Below, in pieces: positions 1 through 9,900 of a DNA stretch of 64,000 nt. The notes beneath the pieces are model-generated. The model was not told where the DNA came from. It was given only the letters and a program-made list of their open reading frames with translations, and did no database searches. Source of the DNA: Alphaproteobacteria bacterium (GTDB taxonomy: Bacteria > Pseudomonadota > Alphaproteobacteria > Bin95). Positions within the stretch are counted from its first letter, which is position 1, and every line of letters begins with the position of its first letter. The translations under genes and the position numbers were made by a program. The stretch covers positions 32,001-96,000 of the forward strand of contig CAXXWS020000004.1 in NCBI GenBank assembly GCA_963665325.3, given 5' to 3'.

Positions 1-674
1 GCGGCGAGGCGGCCCGGAGCCAGGCTGTCCCCGATGGTCCCGGCGAGGCCCGCGGGGCCGTCGACGGAAGCAGAGGGGAGGCGGTCCGCTTCCAGCACGA
101 GCGCCCGGAAGCGCGGGCCCCGCCAGGTCTCGATCAGGGTGAGGCCGGCAACGAACGAACCGCCGCCGGCGAGGATTTCGTAGCCGGGCAGAGGCTGGCG
201 CCGCGCCACCGCGCGCACCAGCCTGACCAGCGCCGCCACATGGGGCGTGCCCGCGAGCGGGGAAGCGGCAGCCGCCGCATCGCTCGACAGCGCGTCGGCA
301 TTGCGGATCAGGATCTGCGCCGCGTCGCGCCCGGAGGGCGTCAGCGTCAGCCGGTAGGTGAAGCCCTTCTCCGTGCCGAGGAACAGCGTGACCGGCGATC
401 CGTCGGCAGGCCCTTCGTCAACGCGCCTCAGCCAGATATCTCCCGTGGCAGCGTCGTGCTCGACCGCGAAGCCGTCCGGCGCGCGCACCACCCTGGCGAT
501 CCGGTCGCCCAGAAGCGCGATCCGGTTGACCGCCGCCGCCGAGATCTCCGCCGCGAGCTCGGCATGGTCGACCGCCTCCAGAAGCTGCATCGCGGCAGCA
601 GGCGGGGGCAGGGCGAGCGCGCCCATGACCATGAGGAATGCCGCCGTGAGCACCCGTCGAATGTTCCGTGTCAT
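1..674 (-). CDS. traK: F-type conjugative secretin-like TraK (3' end outside window)
   Basis: Read manually: MTRNIRRVLTAAFLMVMGALALPPPAAAMQ...AVNRIALLGDRI...VTLFLGTEKGFTYRLTL; signal peptide; ATGA overlap with traE stop; traL-E-K order. Confidence 0.8.
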   Translation of the reverse strand, partial: MTRNIRRVLTAAFLMVMGALALPPPAAAMQLLEAVDHAELAAEISAAAVNRIALLGDRIARVVRAPDGFAVEHDAATGDIWLRRVDEGPADGSPVTLFLGTEKGFTYRLTLTPSGRDAAQILIRNADALSSDAAAAASPLAGTPHVAALVRLVRAVARRQPLPGYEILAGGGSFVAGLTLIETWRGPRFRALVLEADRLPSASVDGPAGLAGTIGDSLAPGRLA

Positions 675-1243
675 TCTCGATCCTCCATCTGTTCGAAGCG
701 CAGCAGGCCGATGCGCCCGGCCTCGATGCGGAAGGCGAGCCGGTAGCGCCGGTCCTCGCGCGCGGCCTCCTCGCGGCCGATCCAGGTCACCAGCTCGCCC
801 GCGATCTCCGCCGTAAGACGCGCCGGGTCGGCCTCGATGCTGTCGGGATAGAACGCGCTGGCCAGATCGCGCCCGGCCATGCGGGACGCCTCGGTCTCGA
901 CCCAGGCGCCGATCGCGCCGCGGGCGGAGGCGTGGCTCATCCGCGCCGCCGCCAGCCGCACATGGGCCGCGTTCTCCGGGGTCAGGGTGAGCAGCGTCAC
1001 CGCCACCGTGCGCGCCATGTCTTCCAGATAGCGGGCGCCGGCGGGACCCATGCCCGCGCCGCCGCTGCCGAGTTCCCATGCCGGACCCGCCGTTGCCGGG
1101 AGCAGCACGGTCACGGTCTCGCGCCCGGCGAAGCCCAGGGTCAGCGTCAGGTTGGCGGTCATCGACAGGACCAGCAGCCCGGCAAGCGCCAGGCGGATGT
1201 CCCGCACCCGGCGGACGGCAAGATCGAGGTCCGGACGCCGCAT
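671..1243 (-). CDS. traE: F-type conjugative transfer protein TraE
   Basis: 190 aa, N-terminal TM, YLEDMA...LTLTPEN, ELVTWIG motifs; synteny. Confidence 0.85.
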   Translation of the reverse strand: MRRPDLDLAVRRVRDIRLALAGLLVLSMTANLTLTLGFAGRETVTVLLPATAGPAWELGSGGAGMGPAGARYLEDMARTVAVTLLTLTPENAAHVRLAAARMSHASARGAIGAWVETEASRMAGRDLASAFYPDSIEADPARLTAEIAGELVTWIGREEAAREDRRYRLAFRIEAGRIGLLRFEQMEDRE

Positions 1244-1253
1244 CCTTCCCGCC

Positions 1254-1547
1254 TCAGCCGGCGAAGCGCCGGAGATGGCTCGGCGGCGTCGCCTTGAGAC
1301 GCAGCACGAAGTCCGGCAGGAACCAGTAGAGGGCGTAGCGCGCGATGTTGGCCCCGCCGCCGCGCTTGACCCGGCGCAGCGCGAGCCAGCCGCCGATGCC
1401 CGCGACCAGCCCGGTCACGAACTGGTTGGCGGCCAATCCGAGCAGGGCCGGGCCCATCAGCGCGGCGGCCTCGTCGACGGTCCAGAACAGCCAGCGCTCC
1501 GGGTCGTCGAGACGCCGGGGGATGGTGTGGCGGGCGGTGTCGTTCAT
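1254..1547 (-). CDS. traL: F-type conjugative transfer protein TraL
   Basis: IPRRLDDPERWLFWTVDE and LYWFLP signatures, 97 aa. Confidence 0.9.
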   Translation of the reverse strand: MNDTARHTIPRRLDDPERWLFWTVDEAAALMGPALLGLAANQFVTGLVAGIGGWLALRRVKRGGGANIARYALYWFLPDFVLRLKATPPSHLRRFAG

Positions 1548-1558
1548 CGGACGATCCC

Positions 1559-1906
1559 TCAGACGATCGCCGTGCCGACCAGGCCGGTGACGATGCCGGT
1601 GCCGGCGCCCGCGGCGATGCCGACGCCGACCGCGCCCATCAGCTGCATGGCGTTGAAGCGCAGCACCGAGCCGACCAGCGCGGCGCCGACGGCAAGCGCC
1701 GCCGCGAGCTGCCCGCCGCTGCCGCCGACGATGTCCTGCACCGTGTCGAGCGGGGCGTCGAAGGTCGTGTCCGTGGTCGCCAGCGCGATCTCCGGTCCCG
1801 CCAGCACGGCCGCCGCGGCGAGCGCCATGACCGCGACCCCGCGCGTCGCGGCATTCGAACCGCTCATGCCGCCGCCGCCGGGAATCGAATTCGCCGCCGC
1901 GCTCAT
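1559..1906 (-). CDS. traA: F-type pilin TraA
   Basis: Leader followed by two Gly/Ala-rich hydrophobic helices, directly upstream of traL. Confidence 0.75.
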   Translation of the reverse strand: MSAAANSIPGGGGMSGSNAATRGVAVMALAAAAVLAGPEIALATTDTTFDAPLDTVQDIVGGSGGQLAAALAVGAALVGSVLRFNAMQLMGAVGVGIAAGAGTGIVTGLVGTAIV

Positions 1907-2235
1907 CGGGACGCCCCCGGATCGTTGGTTTCGGCCTGCCTCTTCCCCCGCTTACGGCCCGCCTTCCCGGATCTCGGGCCGGGAGAGGGGGAGCCGGGGG
2001 CGTCCGGGGCCGGCAGCGCCGGGCGTTCGCCGGTGCCGTCGTCCGAGGTCGACTTGCGCCGCCGCGTCCTGGCCCATTCGTCCAGGTCCTCGCGCAGATA
2101 GCGCACCCGCCCGCCGAAGCGCAGGAACACCGGCCCCTCGCCCGACACCCGGTAGCGGTCCAGCGTGCGCGTCGACAGCCCGAGATGGAGCGCCGCCTCG
2201 CGCGTCGTCAGATAGATCGTCCCCCTGTCCGTCAT
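1903..2235 (-). CDS. Excisionase/RdfS-like HTH_17 DNA-binding protein
   Basis: YLTTREAA.HLGLS.RTLDRYR..GEGPVF.RFGGRVRY..EDLDEW; strong AGGAGG RBS; first gene of the tra operon. Confidence 0.85.
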   Translation of the reverse strand: MTDRGTIYLTTREAALHLGLSTRTLDRYRVSGEGPVFLRFGGRVRYLREDLDEWARTRRRKSTSDDGTGERPALPAPDAPGSPSPGPRSGKAGRKRGKRQAETNDPGASR

Positions 2236-2328
2236 CCGCTTCTCCTCCTTCTCCCGAATTCACGGCCGGCCCCGGGTCGATCCGGGGCGCATGTGCGGGC
2301 ATCGGAGCGAAGAAGGGGGATTCGGGAT

Positions 2329-2361
2329 AGGGGCGATTTTCAGGCGTCGAAAAACGCCCCT
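2329..2361. promoter_or_regulatory. Inverted repeat upstream of xis/tra operon (candidate activator box)
   Basis: AGGGGCGATTTTC-N7-GAAAAACGCCCCT, 12/13 arm match. Confidence 0.55.
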
Positions 2362-3079
2362 CAGTTTGGCCGCCAGACGTCGCCATGCGCCGCCGGCCGG
2401 CGCCGGGCGCGAGAATTCGCGTGCGCCCGGCTGCCGGTCCTGCCGGCCGGGCAGAACCGGACCGCCCCTCCATGGAGCCGTCGGGCGGTCCGGCGCAGGG
2501 AATATCGGCGGGGGGGGCGATTCGGCCCGGACGGTTCCGTCCGGCAACCGTGGGACACCCGGCGGCGGCGATCGGGAACCGCCGGCTACATTGAGAATCG
2601 GCAGTCGATGCCCGGCGCCGGACATGACGCGACGGAAGGGTCATGCGAATTCGACGGCGCATCCCGCGGTGCGCATCCCGCCGCCCGTGCCGGCGGCGGG
2701 CGCGGACGTTCATGGCGCCGCCGTCATCCTGCCGTCCCCGGTCACCGCGCCGCGCAGCGCGCCCGCCCGCCGTCCCGGAACCGGAGCGATGTCCGCGGTG
2801 ACCCGCCCGGCGGGGACCGTAATGCGTGACGGTGACGTTCGACGGGCCCGGACGAGGCAAGACGGCAATGCATTGCCGATGACGGCCGTCAGCGGCGATC
2901 GCGTCGATCCGGGAGCGCAGGCATGCGGCAGGGAAGACGGACGGCAGGGGTCCGCCTCCCGGTCGCTTGCGATCCCGGCGGTGGCCATCTTCGCCGGCTG
3001 GCGATTCCGTCTCAAGGGCAGACGAAAACCCGACCTTGCACACCGTCACCACCGGAAGGGCGATGGCGCGGCCCGCGGA

Positions 3080-3786
3080 CTACGCCCCGGCGGCCATGTC
3101 GCGGTACCGCTTCAGGATGCGCCTTGCCGAGGCGAAGCGGCGCTTGACGCGCTCATGCATCCAGCTGCCGGTGTAGTAGTCTTCCTCGACCTTCTTCGGC
3201 TTCCAGAAGCGCAGCGCGTAGTCGCGCTGCGTGAGTCCTTCGGCCTCCATCTCCAGCGCCAGCAGAAGCTCACCGTCCCCGTCCCCCGTGCCCGCCCCGG
3301 TCGAGGGGCCGGGAACCCCGACCAGACGTCCTCGATGCGCGCCACCTCGCGCTCCAGCACGAGACGCAGCCCGCCGTCATCGGGAAACACCGTACCGGCC
3401 GGCAGACGGACCGGGACCGACACGCCCGGCCGCTCGATCCTGAGCAGCAGCGCGCCGTCGGCGAGACGCAGCCCGGAGAGCGTGGCGTCTCCCTCGGCGG
3501 CAAGCCGCACCAGCGGCGGCGTATCCCGCGTCACCCGTCCCTCGACCACGCCGGCCCGGGCCCAGAAGGGCGCGAGCGGCAGCGCCGCATGGGGATCCTC
3601 CCACGCCGCCATGCCCCAGGACATGGCGGCGAGGTCGGCCGGGGTCTGGAGCCGCACCGGGAACGGTGCGCGTTCCGGCAGCCCGGGCTGCGGCCGGCGC
3701 CGCTTCCATGCATTGCGATACGCCTTGCTCGCGCGGATGAAGCGCCAGGCGCGCAAGGCATCCCATCCGCCGACCCGCCGCGCCAC
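3080..3786 (-). CDS. FseA-like (DUF6499 + DUF2285) transcriptional activator, split by a -1 frameshift near 3285
   Basis: Frame 1: AWRFIRASKAYR...SWGMAAWEDP; -1 frame continues ELLLALEMEAEGLTQRDYALRFW...HERVKRRFASARRILKRYRDMAAGA* (stop 3080-3082), resembling the DUF2285 HTH. Confidence 0.65.
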
Positions 3787-3902
3787 GGTCAGCCGCTCCC
3801 GGATCGGGTCCGGGACAGGCTGCCGCCGGGCGCCGCCGCCGGACCGGAGGCCGTGTCGGCCGGTCTCCGGTCCGGGGCGCAGTCATCGGCCCATGCCATG
3901 GC

Positions 3903-6900
3903 TCACCAACGCGCGGTAATCTCGACCCCGACCGTGTGTTCCGGCGCCTGCGCGTCGCTCTCCCTGCGGGTTGCCCTGAGGCCGAAGGAGAAGTCGGGCG
4001 CGTTGGCTTCCGGCGTCAGCCGCCAGCCGACGCTGTAGTCGCGCGCGCCCGTCGCAAGCCCCAGGCCCACATGCGGGCTGCCGGTCCAGCGCCCGCCGAA
4101 GGCCGGGAAGCCGTACGCGGCTTCGGCCGCCCAGCGGCTCGCCGCCACGCCGCCCGTGCGATCCTCCAGCGTCGCCGGCTGGAACAGCGCGTCCAGCCCG
4201 CCGCTGGCCTGACCGCCGAACTCCTGGCGCAGGCTCAGCGACGGACCCCGCTGCGTCCCCGGAGCGGGATCGAAGGCGAGCGAGGCCGCATAGCCCCGGT
4301 CCTTCAGGTCGTCGTTCTCGTGCGCCAGCAGCGTGCGGCCCGAGACGTCGAGCGAGAGACCGAGCGCCGGGTCGCTCCACGCGATCCCGCCGCCGAGCTC
4401 GACCCCGAAGCCGGTCTCGGCATCGCCGCCGTCATGGCGCGCGCCGATCTCCAGCTTCGGCACCAGAGACCCGCCGCCCTCCATCGCGAACCGCCAGCTG
4501 CCCTCCAGCCCGAGCCTGAGCCGGGTCGCGTCGGAGTCCGAGGCCGCGAGGTCGCGGGTCTTCTCAGACGAGGTCCGCGTCCACAGGGCGTCCGAAGTGA
4601 GCGCCAGCGCCGGGCCGCCGCCTTCCGCGGGGGGCGCCAGCAGGTCGCCCCTGAGCCCCGCCGCCGCCATGCTCCAGGCGGTGTCGGAGCTGTAGCTGTC
4701 GCCCAGCGCGGTCTTCAGCGTCACCTCGCCCGTGCCGTAGCCCGCCGCGCCCCAGAGCTTCAGGCGCTCCGAGGCCTGCAACGCCGCATAGGGGATCGCC
4801 GCCGTCAGCGACGCCTCCACCTTGCCGTCGCCCGCGCGCACGGCGCCGCCGCACAGTTCGGCGTCCACGCCGTCGGGACAGGTCTGGCCGTCGGGACGGG
4901 GACTGACCCCGGTGTCGCGGTAGTCGCCCTCGCCCGCGCTCTGCGCGAGCGCCAGGCCGACCAGCCACTTGCCGCGCGCATAGTCCGCGCCGAGCATGCC
5001 CGTGGTGACCGTGCCGTCGAGCGAGAACGTCCCCTCGCGGCCGTCGAAGCTCCCCTGCGACGCCCGGCCCCAGAACGCCAGGCTGCCGCCCGAGCCGTCC
5101 GCCGCGCCGGTCAGCGAGAAACTCGATCCGAGCAGCGCGTCGCGCGCCGTCATCGACCGCGATTGCGCCAGGGACGCGCCGGCACGGGCGTCGCCGAACC
5201 GGTCGCCCGCGCCGCCCGGCGATACCGCGGCGGGCGCATCCGCACCGAAGCCGCGCGCGATGTCGGCCATGGCCAGCGCCGTATCGCGGTCCGCCGGCGT
5301 TGCGCCGGGCGTTGCGCCCGCTGCCGGCCGGCCGGCGGCGGGGTCGAAGTTGAGCGCCTGCCCGGCAACCGTGCCCTGCATGCCGGGCGTGCGCGGGGCC
5401 GCCATGCGCCCCGCGATGCCGTCCAGCGCCTGCTCCGCCACCGTGCGCCCGAAGCGCGCCAGGAACGCCGCCGGCAGCGGGTCGTCGTTCACGATCGTCC
5501 CCACCGCCACGCCGTCCGCGATCGGCACCACCGTCGCCTCCGTCAGCACGAACTCGAACGTCTCCGGGTCCTCGTCATGGCTGTCGTCGTAGACCCAGAC
5601 CCACACCCGCTTCTCGGTCTCGCCCGGCTGGAAGTAGAGATGCCAGCCGGCGGCAAGGTAGTCCCGGCCCTGCCGCGCCGACACCGGGCTCGACTCCCGG
5701 GTCCGGTACGACACCCGCACCGCCCGCTCCGACGGCGCGCTCAGCCGGAGCGTGAACCACATCAGCCCCGCGCCTTCCTTCACCGTCGCGTCGTCCACCG
5801 AGAGCGACGCCCCGGTGGCCGCCGCGTCGTTGTCGGCCACCGCGACCGAGGCCGTATCCCCCGGAGACGCCGCCACCGTGTAGCCCGCGCCGGCATCCAC
5901 CGCCGCGCTCACCGAGCCGTCGGGCTCGTCCGCCGCGTCGTCGTCCGTCGCCACGGTGAGCGCAACCCCGGTCGTGCCGGCCGGGATGGTCACCGTGCGA
6001 CCGCCCTCGTCGCCCGCGGCCACGAAGTCGCTGCCCGCTTCCTCCGAGACCGTGAGCCGCACCGCAAGCGCCGCATCCGGCGCCCGGTCCGCCGTCACCG
6101 TGAACACCGCGCCCGCCCCCTCGGTAATGGAGCCGGCCTTCGCCGTCACCGAGACCACCGGCGGCGGCAGGTCGTCGTCCGTCACGGCGACGGCGCCCGA
6201 TGCCGGGGAACCGACCGTGTAGCCGTCGCCGCCGTTCAGGGTCACGCTCACCGAGCCGTCCGGCTCGTCCGTACCGTCATCGACCGTCGCCAGGGTCAGC
6301 ACGAGGCTGCCGCTCGTCGGAACGGTCACCGTCCGCGCGCCGGCGGCAATGCCGAAGTCGCCCTCGGCGCCAACCGTCACCTCGACCGCCAGCGGCGATG
6401 CCGGGGCCGGCGCCGCCGTGAGCGTGAACACCGCGCCGCCGCCTTCGGAGACCGCCTCCCCGGCCGCGACGCTCACCGCCGGCGGGATTACGGGCTGCGG
6501 CTCCGGCTCGGGCGCCGCTTCCAGCGCCGCGATCGCCACGACCACCGGGTCCCAGCGTGTCCAGCCCCGGTCGGCATAGGTCCGCGCCTCCGCCGCCGTC
6601 ATCGGCGCACGGCCGTTGTCTTCGCCGAAAGCCGCGAGCACGCGCATCCAGCGTTCCACATGCGCCGCGCCGTTATGGGTCTCCGCCGCGTAGCTCCTGA
6701 CCAGCGCAACCAGCGCCGGGTCCACCGCCGGTGCGGCCTGCTGCGTCGCGGCCTGCTGCGGCGCGGGGTCGCTCCCCGCCGCCCCGATCGCCCCGATCGC
6801 CTCCGCGATCCGGGGCCAGAGCGGGCTGCTGTAGCGACGGGCATTCGCCTCGGCTTGCGCCGCCGTCATCGCCGTCACGCCCGGATACGCCTCCACCCCG

Positions 6901-9900
6901 AACGCCACCAGCACCCGCCGCCAGCGCAGGACATGCGCCGCGCCGTTATGGGTCTGCCCCGCAAGTATTCTGACCTGCGCCACCAGCGACGGGTCCAGCG
7001 CCGGCGCGTCGTCGTCGAGCAGGGCCACGGTGACCGTCGACGGCGTGCCCGCCGTGTAGCCGTCGCCCGGCTTGATCCGGGCCACCACCGTGCCGTCGGC
7101 GCGCTGCTTGTCGTCCGACCAGGTCGTGACCGTCCAGGCCGCCGAGGTCGCGCCCGCCGGGATCGTCACCGTGCGGGCCCGTTCGAGCCCGATATAGTCC
7201 AGGCCCGCGCCCATCTCCTCCGACGCGCCCAGGTGCACCGGGAGGTCGTAGCCCGGCGCCGGGGCGGCCGTGACCGTGAAGGTCACCTCGCCGCCCTCCG
7301 TCACCGAAGCCGCATCGGCGCCGAGCGTCAGCGTCGAGGGCGTGGCCAGCATCTGCGCCCGCGTGTTGTCGTCTATGTTCGTGACCGGGTCCGCGTCCTG
7401 GACCGTGAGCGTCAGCTTGCCCGTGCTGGTCGCATAGTCCCTGCCGCCCAGCAGGATGACCTCCACCTTGCTGTCGCCATCGAGGTCGGGGCTCGCCACG
7501 GTCGGTATGTGAATGACCGTAGCGGAATGCCCGGCCCCGATCTCGATGCTCCGGGGGTTGGGGTCCCGATCCCGCTTCGGATCCGTGAGGCTCGGCCCCC
7601 GGACCACACGCTCGCCGTGGTAGTCGGCGAGGTAGTAGTTCACGATGACCGGAGTGGCCAGCCTGAACCAGGGATCCATCTTCACCCGGAGGTTGAACGC
7701 ACCCCCCTCCGTGACGGTATGCGGGGTCGGGGAAACCACGTTGCCGGGATTGGTGCCGACAACCGCTTCGAGGCTGACGAACGGCAGGGGCGACCTGTCG
7801 TCGAGCGCGATGACGGCCGTCCTGGTCCTGCTGGTGTCGGTCGAATCCTCGAACGTCACCGTGAGGCTTTCGTTCTCGGCCACGCCGTCGGCCACCACGG
7901 TCAGCGTCAGCCTGTACGCGACGCCGTCCCAATGCCCCCGGGTGCGGGTGCCGTCGGCCAGGCCGACGCAGACATCGAGGTTGTTACCAGAGTTGGACAG
8001 CCCGTCAGTCACATGGTCGCACCTGAGCGACGTCGTGGCGCCGGCAAGGGACCTTATCCGGGGCGCGCCCCAGCTGGACGGAAAACCGGTGACGGTGACA
8101 AAGCTGACACCCCCCTCGCGTACCGTGGACGGCCTGGCGGCGAGCGAAGCCGCGACGCCGTCGTTCACGACCACGGTGAAAGCGTTGGCCGTGCCATGCG
8201 GGTCCGCGCCGCCGCCCACATCGGTGCCGAGCGCGGCGGCGTCGAAGGCGGTGTTCGAGCCGAGCGCGATGGTGAAGGTCTCCGCGCCCTCCGTCGTGCC
8301 TTCATTCGCCGGCGTCAGCTCCAGCGTCGCCGTCCGCGCGCCCGCACCGGAAAAGCGCACCTTCGGGGCCGCCGTGCCGACATCGCGCAGGCCGACGCCC
8401 GTGTTGGCCGCACCGGACTTCGCCGCCAGGCTCCAGTCGCCGGTGGTCACCCCTGTGCCGGAGATCGACAGCGGCACGTCGATCGTCTCGCCCACCACCA
8501 GCGCGCGGCCCAGCGTCACCGTGAACTCGACCTGGCCGCCCTCGGTCACCGCGCCGCTGCCCACGCGGGCAAGGCTTGCGACCGTCGGGTCGTCGTCGCG
8601 GATGGTGACCGTGTCGCTCACGTTGATCGGGGCGACCCCGGCAGGACGTGCAGTGTTCGGGTCGTCGGTGACAGTTATCGTCACCACTTCGTCCGGCTCG
8701 TCGGTGGAGTCGGGTGTCCCCCATACGGTGAATGAGAAGGCAGAAAAGCCACTAGATATGTCGCTGTCTAAACAGCCGTTCGTCAAAGTGATTGGGACGA
8801 CGCCGCTCCTGACGCTGAAACTCGGACTGGTGAAGGAACTGGAAAAGCAGGCCCGGAATGGAACATGGGACGTCTGAATCGCGGACAATGTCACAGCCTC
8901 TATAACAACGTTAGTGCCCTGCTCATCGGCATAGCCGCCCGGCAGCGGGCTTCCCCCGGAAACGATCGACACCGTTGCGTCCGGCGGCGCCGCCACCGTG
9001 AATACCGGGGAGAGGCCGAACAAATGTCGGGTAAAAGAGGGGGGGGTAGTGCCAGCAGATATCGGATCAGCACCACTCTGAACGACGCCATTTCTAATCG
9101 CGGCGCTGTGGCCGAAATGCGCGTTATGCTTGGTGCCGTCGGTGTTGCTGCCCGTAAACACAGAAACGTTGCCCGAAAGGCCACCTCCGCTCTCGAGCTT
9201 CACGCTGTAACTGTCCCAGGTTCCGTCGTAGAAGTCGGCGTAGTTGTCGGCGAGCTTGCTGCCGGTCAGCCAGTAGATGGGGACGCCCGTGCCGGTGGTC
9301 CCGGTGTTGTCGCGGGCATCGACGGCGGAGGTCGAGCCGACGACGGTGAAGCGGTTGCCGCAGCTGTCGGTGATCGCGCTGTGGCCGGCCTTGGCGCGGG
9401 TCTGCACGTACGTGTTGTAGGTGGCGATGTCGGTCGCCGAGCCGTCGCGTTGGGTGGAGGTCACGAACAGCAACCGGAACTGGGCCCCGGCGGCGAGCCC
9501 CGAGGGCTTCAGCGCCCAGTCGTTCGGCACCGGGTACGAGCCGTCGGTATTGGCCGTCGTGCATTCGACCGCCGTTTGCGCGGCGGCCCCGGTCGGAAGG
9601 CCCGCCAGGAGCGGCAGGGCGAGCAGAGCGGCGGCAAGGGCGGGACGCAGGCCGCGCCGCAGGCGAAGGGCCGCAGAAGATCCGAAACTACCGGAGGAAG
9701 AAGCGGGCCGGCGGGACGAACCACCCCCGCCGGCGGAACGAGAAGACTCAGGCGGGGAGGACGGACGACCCGGCCGGCGCAGCCATGCGGGCGCCTTCAT
9801 GGCCGGCATGCGGACGCAGCAAGCGCGACCCGGCGACCCGGCGACCCGGCGACCCGGCGACCCGGCGACCCGGCGACCCGGCGACCCGGCGACCCGGCGA

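Noticed and set aside
2236-3079. Coding gene or oriT in the activator-xis spacer
   Set aside because: ORFs are low-complexity; hairpins and a G8 run (2510-2517) are present but there is no recognisable nic site.
3936-8735. 1599-aa plus-strand ORF and similar long antisense ORFs (e.g. 52310-54823, 54833-57487)
   Set aside because: Shadow frames of high-GC genes; Arg/Gly/Pro-rich with no motifs.
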